A stretch of 64,000 nt of DNA, taken from NCBI GenBank assembly GCA_934098435.1, contig CAKOOV010000004.1, positions 26,096 through 90,095 on the forward strand. Reading direction: 5' to 3'. Every line of letters begins with the position of its first letter. Position 1 is the stretch's first letter. The position numbers and the translations under genes are program-made. The notes beneath the pieces were generated by a model. It made no database searches, had not been told where the DNA came from, and worked only from the letters and a program-made list of their open reading frames with translations. This stretch comes from an uncultured Bacilli bacterium (lineage in GTDB: Bacteria > Bacillota_I > Bacilli_A > RF39 > UBA660). Below are positions 50,998-59,909 of this stretch, piece by piece.

Positions 50998-53900
50998 CTA
51001 TTTTCCTTCATATTTGAATGTCTTAGAATCACTAGTACTATCCCCTATTTTTAGAGCAGTTATTTTTCCATTTTTATCTTTATAATAGTATATTAATTTT
51101 ATATTGTTATTTAATCCTAACTTTTGATTCTCATCTGTTGTTACTTCTATGGTTGGATATTCATCTTTATCTAGTTTAAATACTAATTGATTACCAGTAG
51201 TGGTATTACTTTGTCCTATTAAGCCTGAACCTACTTTACCAAATCCTTCAACTGTCATTGAGTATTCAATACCTGCTATATACTCTTGTAAATTAGTTGC
51301 TCCTTTAAATGTTATTAATACTTTATTGTTTGATAGTGCGGTTGGAGTTACTGCTCCTAGGGAGAATCCTAATTCACTCTTTGTATATTGACTCTTTCTT
51401 GCGTATATTTTTGTTTCTTTTTCTTCATCAGGTAAAGAAATATTATTTCTATATATGTCTGATGATACATAAATTGAATAGTTGGTATCTGGTTTTAGAT
51501 TAGTGAATGTTATTTCTATTTGATTGCTACCATATTTAGCTAAATCAATGGTTTTACTACAGTTGTCTTCATTACCTGCTGGACATACATGGTTGTAATC
51601 AGCATCTTGTAATTCTATAAATAATAATCCATCTTTAATTACTTTATCTCTATCTTCTAATGTGATAATGTATTTAATGCCATATGTGAATCCTGAATCA
51701 TTTTTATTTACTATTGCTTCTTGTTTTATTGTAAATGATGGTTCTTTTAATTCATGGAAGTTTTGACCCGCTGTAATATTTTTATCAGACATTGTGTCTT
51801 CGAATAATTTTAATTCTTTACCTTTATCTGTTGTTATAGCAGTAACGGTAAGAGTATAATAATCGTTTCCATATACTAAATTATCTTTAGTTATATCTCT
51901 TGATAATATTGCTTTTCTTCCTTTACCGATGTTTTCATCATTTATTTCTTCATTAGTTACTTTTCCATCAAATATTAATTCTCCATCTGGATTATGTACT
52001 TGATATTTAATATCAAAGTTTTTGTTATTCTTCAAATATGTTGTTAAGTTCATTATTCTGTTTAGGTATACATTATCTATTGTTTTTGAATCATAATTAT
52101 AGGCTACCCTATCAAGTATTTCTTCTGCTCCTAAGGTTTTAAAAGTACCCATATATTCTACATAGCCTTCTTTTTCATAATCGAATAATGGTGTTTTTAC
52201 ATTTTCTCCATTTTTATTCATATCAGCAGATATTTTATAATAATATCTAGTATCTGGATCTAATCCTGCAAAAGATATCTCACTTTTTAGACTTTCATAA
52301 TCTGTTTCAATTGTGTCTACAGGAACGTATTCTTCTTTACAATTTTCTTCATCTTCACCGCAAGTTTTCATAGTATAAATATCTATATAGAATTTATATT
52401 TGCCATTTGTTTTAATGAAATCACTTTCTAAAACGTTATCACTTGCAGATACATATACGTTCATAGCAGTTCCATTAATTGTTGGTGTTGGTTTTGATGT
52501 TGATACTTTAGGTGTGATACTTGTAAATTTGAATTTATTATTATCTGTTTGAATATTTATTTTATCTAAAACTTTTGGATTTAATGTATATTTAGTATTT
52601 TTATCTCTAAATCCACTTAATCCCAAGTTAGCTATACCATCTTTCTTAATAAAGTCACCATATTTAATGAATTGATTTTTACTTTTATCAACAATATCTG
52701 TTGAGGTTATATACCACACATCGTTTTGATCTTTATCTGTTTTTACTTCATAGCCAAATATTCCTGTAGGTTTGTTTGAAGTTGCATACGCTCCGTTTGG
52801 ATTTAAATATAAATATTGGCCTGGCATTTCTAGTGATGTTGTTTGGAAAACGTATCCTAATTTAGAAGCATTTTTTTCATCTACTACTCCTAAACTTTGG
52901 AAGTAATCTCCTAATAGTGATTTTTGACTAAATCCTGTATATCCTGTATCATAAAATCCTACTAATGAAACCTGAATATCTTTACCTTTGAATGATTCTA
53001 TATCATTGTAATCAAGAATAATACATTTATTATCATCACAGTCAGATAAGTTTGATATAACTTTTTCATATTTATCATTACCTGATGTTAATGTTAGAAG
53101 GTATGTTGATATTCTATTTAAAAATTCATTGTCATCTAAAACTATTTTTAATCTATTATCAAAATTGCCATATACTAGTTTATATCCTATATTATAATCT
53201 TTTGAATCATAATAACCATCAAAATAGTATTTCCCTATTGATATCTTAGCAGGATCTGATGTTTTAGTATTTGCTCTTTTATAATTTAAATTATATATAT
53301 CAGAATTGTTTAAGTTTGAAATGGTAAATGTTTTTATATCACTACTTTTTTCAAATTCAATACTATTTTCTTCTTCACTATCATTTACTTTGTAGTAGAA
53401 ATTATATTTATCGTCTTCATCTTTAAATAAGGCATTATCTATATCTTCAACATAGTATTTATATGTTATTGAATCTTTGGTACTATTATCAACATATAAT
53501 TTAAAGATTGGATCTTTTTTAATTGAAGTGAATGCTTTACTTATAGGTTTATTTGATGGGAATACAGAATCATCTGCTCCATCGTTATTACTATCAATAC
53601 TTATATCATACGAAAAACTATATGTGTTTCCTCTAGTTAATTTTGTGTCTTCTACTTTATAATCAGTTCCATAGTCTAAGAAGAAATATGTTGTGTAATT
53701 TTCTGTAGTCGTAAAATCGATTGTTTTTGTTTCAATTAATCTATTTCTTTGATCCTTAGCGTAAAAGTTTAATTTAGTAATTGGATGTTCACCTTGGAAG
53801 TATGTTTCTATTTTAGCTTTATCGAATATTGCATTTACTTCATAACCTATTATTGTTGAACCATCTAATTTATTATCATAACTTACACCGTATTTTGCTT

Positions 53901-56595
53901 GCATATCAGCGTCTTTTACGGTATCGTTAGTTATTTCTGTTACCGCTATGGTTGGTTCTGCTACTTCGTCTTCTAGTAATAGCATAGCGGGTGTTTCAAA
54001 TACATATTTGTTATTTAATATATCAAATTTATTGGTACCGCTATTATCATAGGCATCTGTTACTTCAAGTGTATAATATCTACTTAATTTTCCTCCAGAT
54101 ATTTCTCTTAGGGCATCTAGGTTTTCTATTCCGAACATTTTTGAAGTTAAATCAAATTCTTTGTTATAATATCTTGATTTTATATCCTCTGTTTCAGTAA
54201 AGCTTCCTATTGGTGCTGTTTGAATATTATTCTTAGTATCACCTTTATATAAATTAAATGTTAAAGATGATATTTTATCGGCATAGTCACTATCTGGTAC
54301 AGTAGATATCATTTCGGTGCTAACTACTATTGGGGTTTCAAAACTATATTGTTTTTGCTTCCAATTTTGCATTTGCAATGCTTCTATTCCTTTTGTAGTT
54401 ACCGCAAAGCTTCCTATGTATTGACCTTTTTGTAAGCCTTTACCATTATACATATCTATATCGGCGTATACTTCAAATGTATATAAAGTATTTTCTTTTA
54501 AACCACTTAATGCTAGTTTATATTCCATTGTTTCAGGATCAAACTTAACATCTTTTATGGCTATTCTTGTAGTTGAATTACCACCATAATATCTAATTAT
54601 AAAGTCATTAACTTTATTCATTTCAGGCTTGTCTTTACATTCTCTTCCTTCATTTGGTATTGTACAGCCTTCATCTTTTATTTTTACTGTTCCGACTATT
54701 TGATTAAAGTCTACTAATTCTTCTTTGAATTCAATTGTTGGTCTACCTATTACTTGGAAATAATTACTTAGTCCTGTTTCTATTTCGTTATATTTATAGT
54801 TATCATTATATTCTACAATCATTTTAAAACAATAATCTGTTTTATCTTCTAAATTATTTTCCCCTAATTTTAATTTTTGTTCTTTTAATGTATCACTACT
54901 AAAAGTATATACTGGCTTAGCATTTAGTATTTCACCATCAGTTAAATCTTCTGCTTTATATATTTCATAAGTATATTTTGTTATACTTGAGTCTTCATCT
55001 TGTGGCTTTTCCATTTTTAAGGTGAAACTTTTATTATCATTATCTGTTTCTACTGATATTTCACCTAAAGTTGGTTTGTTTTTTAGTGTTTTATCTGATG
55101 TTTCTATTGTATATATATTTGCATAATTAGTATTTTTTAAAATAACTGAATCTACTTTTACTTGATATTTTGTATTGTGTGTTAATTCCTCAAAAGAAAT
55201 ATTATTATCTTCACCATTAGTTATAGTGATTGTATTGCCCACTTTATTTCCTTCGGTATCATATAACGATACATTAGCGGATTTGATATCATTATTTTCG
55301 CCAAATTCTAATGAATATGATAATGAATTTTGTGTTACCATTTCGCGAACTAAATTTAGTGTTAAACTTTCGGTTTTAAATGTTTTTTGAAAATATTGTG
55401 TACCATTATTATTATTTTGTTCTGATATTGTCATTAGATAATCACAATTTGGTGATAATGAATTTATATTTACTTCTTGTATATCAGGAGCATTAGCTAA
55501 TATTTTAGAAAACTCCCTTTCTCCTGTAGTTATGTTTGTCAATGTCAATAATAAATCATCTTTAATGAAATTTCCAGTATCTATTACTTGGAAACTTGCA
55601 TTTAAACTATGAGTATCTACTTTAGCAGAAATTAAATCTATTGATACTTCTTGCTTTAACACTGAATTTGTTGTATCTCCTTCGCCTGATTCTCCTCCTG
55701 ATGGATTATTTTCCTCATTATTTTCAGGATTATTTTTTACATCAGTTTGATTTTCACCTTTATTATCTCCACTACCATTAGTAGTGCCATCAGTAGTGCC
55801 ATCAGTATTTTTCTTGTCATCATTTGATTTTACTTTACCATCGCTAGGTTTGATATCAATATTTTCATTACCATCAATAGTCATCTCAGATAAAGAAAGT
55901 TTTGTTTCATCATTATAGATAACATTCTTATCGCCAAGATTTATTTTTGTATTATCTCCTATAAAAATAGTTGTTCCGTCTGCTACAGTTTGATAGCTTC
56001 CTTCTTGGTTTTCTATTTTTACTATACCATCTTCTACAAATAGTATTTCAAAATAATCTCCACTAACAGTGTTATCATTACCTGCTAATTTAACTCTTAT
56101 ATCTTTTCCTACAACAATATATTTATTTTCGGTTATTCTGCCAAGAAAATTATTAAATATTAGTGTTTTATCGGCTGTTTCAATATAATAGCTACCATTA
56201 TTATACTTAATTATTGATTTATCTGTAATATTGTAATATGGAACTAGATTTTTATTGAATTTATCTAAGTCAAGGATAACACCATTTTTCATAAATGACA
56301 TTGATTTATCTAAATAATGAATAAAGTTTTCTTTGCTGGTACTTACTTCTTTATTGTCTGCATTCTTAAAAACATATTCTTCTTTTACGTTTTCTTTATA
56401 AACTGTATTATCATTGAAATATAGTTTTTTGCTGCTTGATGCAGTACTATTTATTATATATCCTGCACTATAAAATTCTTTTTCTGAATCTTTTGTTAAA
56501 AAGATTACTCCTATAGTTAAAATTGTTAAAGTTACAATGCTTATAATTAAAATTATCCAAAAACTTTTATCATTTATTTTCTTCATTTTTATCAC
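50998..56595 (-). CDS. Giant (about 1865 aa) N-terminally anchored surface protein with multiple FN3/Ig-like repeats
   Basis: One TM (FWIILIISIVTLTILTIGVIFL). At least 8 occurrences of the L-x-P/x-x-T/D-x-Y-x-h-x-h strand motif, for example LSPNCDYLMTI, LTHNTKYQVKV, LKENTLYTFEV, LDPDTRYYYKI, LKPDTNYSIYV. Confidence 0.75.
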   Translation of the reverse strand: MIKMKKINDKSFWIILIISIVTLTILTIGVIFLTKDSEKEFYSAGYIINSTASSSKKLYFNDNTVYKENVKEEYVFKNADNKEVSTSKENFIHYLDKSMSFMKNGVILDLDKFNKNLVPYYNITDKSIIKYNNGSYYIETADKTLIFNNFLGRITENKYIVVGKDIRVKLAGNDNTVSGDYFEILFVEDGIVKIENQEGSYQTVADGTTIFIGDNTKINLGDKNVIYNDETKLSLSEMTIDGNENIDIKPSDGKVKSNDDKKNTDGTTDGTTNGSGDNKGENQTDVKNNPENNEENNPSGGESGEGDTTNSVLKQEVSIDLISAKVDTHSLNASFQVIDTGNFIKDDLLLTLTNITTGEREFSKILANAPDIQEVNINSLSPNCDYLMTISEQNNNNGTQYFQKTFKTESLTLNLVREMVTQNSLSYSLEFGENNDIKSANVSLYDTEGNKVGNTITITNGEDNNISFEELTHNTKYQVKVDSVILKNTNYANIYTIETSDKTLKNKPTLGEISVETDNDNKSFTLKMEKPQDEDSSITKYTYEIYKAEDLTDGEILNAKPVYTFSSDTLKEQKLKLGENNLEDKTDYCFKMIVEYNDNYKYNEIETGLSNYFQVIGRPTIEFKEELVDFNQIVGTVKIKDEGCTIPNEGRECKDKPEMNKVNDFIIRYYGGNSTTRIAIKDVKFDPETMEYKLALSGLKENTLYTFEVYADIDMYNGKGLQKGQYIGSFAVTTKGIEALQMQNWKQKQYSFETPIVVSTEMISTVPDSDYADKISSLTFNLYKGDTKNNIQTAPIGSFTETEDIKSRYYNKEFDLTSKMFGIENLDALREISGGKLSRYYTLEVTDAYDNSGTNKFDILNNKYVFETPAMLLLEDEVAEPTIAVTEITNDTVKDADMQAKYGVSYDNKLDGSTIIGYEVNAIFDKAKIETYFQGEHPITKLNFYAKDQRNRLIETKTIDFTTTENYTTYFFLDYGTDYKVEDTKLTRGNTYSFSYDISIDSNNDGADDSVFPSNKPISKAFTSIKKDPIFKLYVDNSTKDSITYKYYVEDIDNALFKDEDDKYNFYYKVNDSEEENSIEFEKSSDIKTFTISNLNNSDIYNLNYKRANTKTSDPAKISIGKYYFDGYYDSKDYNIGYKLVYGNFDNRLKIVLDDNEFLNRISTYLLTLTSGNDKYEKVISNLSDCDDNKCIILDYNDIESFKGKDIQVSLVGFYDTGYTGFSQKSLLGDYFQSLGVVDEKNASKLGYVFQTTSLEMPGQYLYLNPNGAYATSNKPTGIFGYEVKTDKDQNDVWYITSTDIVDKSKNQFIKYGDFIKKDGIANLGLSGFRDKNTKYTLNPKVLDKINIQTDNNKFKFTSITPKVSTSKPTPTINGTAMNVYVSASDNVLESDFIKTNGKYKFYIDIYTMKTCGEDEENCKEEYVPVDTIETDYESLKSEISFAGLDPDTRYYYKISADMNKNGENVKTPLFDYEKEGYVEYMGTFKTLGAEEILDRVAYNYDSKTIDNVYLNRIMNLTTYLKNNKNFDIKYQVHNPDGELIFDGKVTNEEINDENIGKGRKAILSRDITKDNLVYGNDYYTLTVTAITTDKGKELKLFEDTMSDKNITAGQNFHELKEPSFTIKQEAIVNKNDSGFTYGIKYIITLEDRDKVIKDGLLFIELQDADYNHVCPAGNEDNCSKTIDLAKYGSNQIEITFTNLKPDTNYSIYVSSDIYRNNISLPDEEKETKIYARKSQYTKSELGFSLGAVTPTALSNNKVLITFKGATNLQEYIAGIEYSMTVEGFGKVGSGLIGQSNTTTGNQLVFKLDKDEYPTIEVTTDENQKLGLNNNIKLIYYYKDKNGKITALKIGDSTSDSKTFKYEGK

Positions 56596-56612
56596 CGATA
56601 CCTATCATATAA

Positions 56613-56641
56613 ATTATATCAAAATGGTACTTAAAAGTCAA
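56613..56641 (-). promoter_or_regulatory. Strong sigma-A promoter of the giant-protein operon
   Basis: The minus strand reads TTGACT, a 17-nt spacer, then TGaTATAAT. Confidence 0.7.
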
Positions 56642-56666
56642 TTAACTCATTATATTTTGCTATGAT

Positions 56667-56709
56667 AATTTTGATGGTATTTTCATGGTAAATTTTGATA
56701 AATTTTGAG
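56667..56709. repeat. Three direct repeats AATTTTGA(T/G) upstream of the giant-protein promoter
   Basis: Copies at 56667-56675, 56691-56699 and 56701-56709. Confidence 0.5.
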
Positions 56710-56727
56710 TTTTTTTTAATTTAGTAG

Positions 56728-56755
56728 TTTACAAATGGAAAATATATGGTATAAT
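56728..56755 (+). promoter_or_regulatory. Promoter of tRNA-Lys(CTT)
   Basis: TTTACA, a 16-nt spacer, then TGgTATAAT. Confidence 0.65.
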
Positions 56756-56767
56756 ATTGATTGTGTT

Positions 56768-56843
56768 GGGGCGTTAGCTCAGTTGGTAGAGCAACTGACT
56801 CTTAATCAGTGGGTCTAGGGTTCGAATCCCTAACGCCCCACCA
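56768..56843 (+). tRNA. tRNA-Lys (anticodon CTT), CCA encoded
   Basis: Acceptor GGGGCGT/ACGCCCC, anticodon loop CTCTTAA. Confidence 0.95.
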
Positions 56844-56868
56844 TTTTGATTTTTTTTATAGAAATCTC

Positions 56869-56897
56869 TTGTAATGTTGTTTTTTATATGGTATAAT
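56869..56897 (+). promoter_or_regulatory. Internal promoter ahead of tRNA-Ile/tRNA-Glu
   Basis: TTGTAA, a 17-nt spacer, then TGgTATAAT. Confidence 0.6.
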
Positions 56898-56917
56898 GTA
56901 GAAGCAATTCAAAAAAT

Positions 56918-56994
<77 letters not shown>

Positions 56995-57000
56995 TTTTTT

Positions 57001-57077
57001 GGCCAGTTGGTGAAGTGGCTTAACACACTGCCCTTTCACGGCAGCATTCATGGATTCGAATTCCATACTGGTCACCA
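57001..57077 (+). tRNA. tRNA-Glu (anticodon TTC), CCA encoded
   Basis: Acceptor GGCCAGT/ACTGGTC (one G-U pair), anticodon stem CTGCC/GGCAG, loop CTTTCAC. Confidence 0.92.
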
Positions 57078-57087
57078 ATTTAAAATT

Positions 57088-57109
57088 AAAAAGCCTTATG
57101 GCTTTTTTT
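57088..57109. terminator. Bidirectional terminator (tRNA island 2 / DUF368 gene)
   Basis: AAAAAGCC-ttat-GGCTTTTT. Confidence 0.8.
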
Positions 57110-57893
57110 CTTTTTCTCTAAATATAGTGGATATTATTATTCCTATTGTTAATATTATTAGTCCTAATATAAGTGATGGTATGGTTACTTTATATTTGAA
57201 TGATTTTATTATTAATAATATTATGCTTGATAGTAATATTCCTAATATTATGCTATATATTTTGGTATTATATTTTTTAAATAAATAGTTTATTATTTTT
57301 ATAGTTATTATTAAACCTATTATTAATCCTATTATGAATGGTATTATTACTTTTATGTCTATTACATTGGCTATAGCTTCAATTATTATATTATATGTTC
57401 CCTCTATCATTAAGAGTGCTGATGAGCTTACTCCTGGGACTACTGTACCAATGGCTTCTGTTATACCGGATATGAAATATACTAATGAATCTATATAATT
57501 ATTTTGTTTTATATATGTATTGTCTATATTAATTATTGATATGAAAAAAAAGATTAGAAAACTTATTATTATAAGATAATTATCTTTTTTTTCTATTTTT
57601 TTTGTTATTGCTGGGGTTGTTCCTATTATTAATCCTATAAATAACATCATTACTTCAAAATAATATTTATTTAATGCATAGTATATTATTTTACTAAATA
57701 ATATTATTGATAATAATATACCTATTCCTATTGGAAATAGGTATTTAATGCTTTCTTTTTTATTTTTTTTGAAGTTTATGATATAATTTATTGATTTATC
57801 ATATACTCCCATAAGTATTGCTAATAAGGCTCCTGAAACTCCTGGTAATATTTTTCCTATTCCTATTATGAATCCTTTAATTAGATTATTCAT
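57096..57893 (-). CDS. DUF368 family membrane protein (polyprenyl-phosphate transporter family)
   Basis: Duplicated PGVSG(A/S) motifs (ILPGVSGALLAILMGVY and VVPGVSSSALLMIEG). Confidence 0.8.
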   Translation of the reverse strand: MNNLIKGFIIGIGKILPGVSGALLAILMGVYDKSINYIINFKKNKKESIKYLFPIGIGILLSIILFSKIIYYALNKYYFEVMMLFIGLIIGTTPAITKKIEKKDNYLIIISFLIFFFISIINIDNTYIKQNNYIDSLVYFISGITEAIGTVVPGVSSSALLMIEGTYNIIIEAIANVIDIKVIIPFIIGLIIGLIITIKIINYLFKKYNTKIYSIILGILLSSIILLIIKSFKYKVTIPSLILGLIILTIGIIISTIFREKEKKP

Positions 57894-58318
57894 TAGTGAA
57901 TTTCCTTACATATTCCTTTTTGTGGTTCATAAAAGCAATGATTTTTATATCTTCCCGCTAAAGGCTGATCCCACCAAGTACTTGTACATGCTGTATTTGC
58001 TTTTGGTGCATAAAACCATAAGGCGTTTGTAGCGGGATAATAATACTCTCCTCTTATTACTCTCTCTGCTAATGATTTTTCTAAGGCTGTTGGATTGCCA
58101 TAAAATAATGATGAGGAGGTTCCAGAGAATCCTCCTGGTTTTTGATATACCATTTCTGATATACTTCTGATGTCTTTGAATGTTAAGCAATCTGCTAAGA
58201 CTCTATTTATTCCAACATTACCTACCATAAGCATACCAAGGTTGCCTTCGCCAACTGCTTCTGCTCGCATTAACCTGGCTAGGATTTCTTTTTCTTTGTC
58301 TGTTGATTTTACTATCAT
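57893..58318 (-). CDS. SleB/CwlJ-type cell wall hydrolase
   Basis: ILARLMRAEAVGEG...VGNVGINRV and NALWFYAP match the Hydrolase_2 pattern. ATG 58318 sits behind GGTGAT. Confidence 0.8.
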   Translation of the reverse strand: MIVKSTDKEKEILARLMRAEAVGEGNLGMLMVGNVGINRVLADCLTFKDIRSISEMVYQKPGGFSGTSSSLFYGNPTALEKSLAERVIRGEYYYPATNALWFYAPKANTACTSTWWDQPLAGRYKNHCFYEPQKGICKEIH

Positions 58319-58361
58319 ACTTATCACCAATTAATTATATGAAAAAAAATAGCAATAATTG

Positions 58362-59636
58362 CTATTTTGTTAATAAATTTAATGCTTCATTTAATTGATT
58401 ATCATTTTCAATGGTTGGATTATTGTAATATTCTTCATTTAATGTTACTTCATTGGTTGGTGTTACTCCTTTTTCATTGATAAAGTTGCCATTTGGAGTA
58501 AGCCATTTTTGGGTTGTGTATTTTATCATACTTCCATCTAGTAATTTTTTTGTTTCTTGAACAGTACCTTTACCATAACTTGTAGTTCCCACTACTAAAC
58601 CATTATTATAACTTTCTTTAATAGCGGATGCTAGTATTTCTGAAGCTGATGCTGAAGATGAATCTATTAATACCGCTACTGGATAAGTTCTTTTTTCTTT
58701 AGTTGTATCTTTTTTCTTTGTTTTTCCTGTAGAGTCTTCTAATTGATATATTACTTTGCCTTTTTCTAAGAATAAACTACTAATATCTGTTACTGATGAT
58801 AAATAGCCACCACTATTTCCTCTTACATCTATAATTAGGCTGTCTATGTTTTCTTTTTCTATTTTATCTAAATTATTTTTGAATTGTTTATATGAGTTAC
58901 CAGAAAATAGTGATATAGCTATATATCCTATTTTTTTATCATTTTTTTCTAATACTTTACTTGTTACATATGGTATTTCTACTTTACTTAAATTAATAGT
59001 TATATCTATTTCTTTATTATCTCTTTCAACTGTTAATACTACTTTATCTTTTCCACTATTTTTGACATAGTTAGATATATCTGAGCTTTCTTTATCGGTA
59101 TAATCTTCGCCATCTACTTTGATTATTCTATCTCCTACTGATAGTCCCGCTTTTTCTGCTGGAGAATCTGGAAATACTTCTATTACTTTGATTTGTCCAT
59201 CATTATATTTAGCTATAGAGCAACCTATTCCCTCATATGATCCCTTGATTGTTTCATTGAAGTTTTCTGTATCATTAGTATCAGCATAACTTGTAAATGT
59301 ATCCCCTACTTTTGATATCATTCCTTCTACTGCTCCATCAACTAAAGCTTTTTTATCTAGATTTCCATAATAATTATCTACTATAGCATAGTAGGTATCT
59401 ACTACTTTAGATAAATCTTTGGTTACTCTTAAATAATTTTTACCAGTTATTAAATTTATACAACCTAGACACATAAGAAAACCTATTCCGATAGAAAACA
59501 ACATGACTATTATTACTTCTTTAGCACTATATTTTTCTTTTTCTTTGTTATCTTTCTTCTTATTTTCTTTTAATACTTTTTTCTTAGTATCTTTTTTTTC
59601 TTTTAAGTTATCTTTTTTATTTTCTTTTTTTGCCAT
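58362..59636 (-). CDS. S41 carboxyl-terminal processing protease with a PDZ domain
   Basis: PDZ (PAEKAGLSVGDRIIKVDG), RGNSGGYL, SASASEILA, GKGTVQ. ATG 59636 sits behind AGGTGAT. Confidence 0.9.
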   Translation of the reverse strand: MAKKENKKDNLKEKKDTKKKVLKENKKKDNKEKEKYSAKEVIIVMLFSIGIGFLMCLGCINLITGKNYLRVTKDLSKVVDTYYAIVDNYYGNLDKKALVDGAVEGMISKVGDTFTSYADTNDTENFNETIKGSYEGIGCSIAKYNDGQIKVIEVFPDSPAEKAGLSVGDRIIKVDGEDYTDKESSDISNYVKNSGKDKVVLTVERDNKEIDITINLSKVEIPYVTSKVLEKNDKKIGYIAISLFSGNSYKQFKNNLDKIEKENIDSLIIDVRGNSGGYLSSVTDISSLFLEKGKVIYQLEDSTGKTKKKDTTKEKRTYPVAVLIDSSSASASEILASAIKESYNNGLVVGTTSYGKGTVQETKKLLDGSMIKYTTQKWLTPNGNFINEKGVTPTNEVTLNEEYYNNPTIENDNQLNEALNLLTK

Positions 59637-59735
59637 AGTATCACCTAATATTAATTTTATCACAAAGCCAAAAAAAAAGATATAATTAATATCTTTATTA
59701 TACACTTTTATTATTATTTTTCATAAATAATTATT

Positions 59736-59789
59736 TAATCATGAGACTATAGGCTCATGATTACCTCGAAAGACCTTAGGCTTGCGAGG
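59736..59789 (+). repeat. Tandem hairpin pair, locus 4
   Basis: taatcatgag-ACTATAGG-ctcatgatta (59736-59763), directly abutting cctcgaaag-ACCTTAGG-cttgcgagg (59764-59789, one A.G mismatch). Confidence 0.8.
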
Positions 59790-59909
59790 ATATAGCAAAA
59801 GACCACCATTTATAGCATATCCCTATATATATAATCTTATATATACCATTCTTTACCCGTGCGGGAAAAGTGTTTCCCACACATACTCCAGAACCAAGTT
59901 CCAAATAAC

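Noticed and set aside
55770-55810. Short tandem DNA repeat (agtagtgccatc x2) inside the giant gene
   Set aside because: It is in-frame and simply encodes a duplicated DGTT in a low-complexity linker. It is too short to be meaningful.
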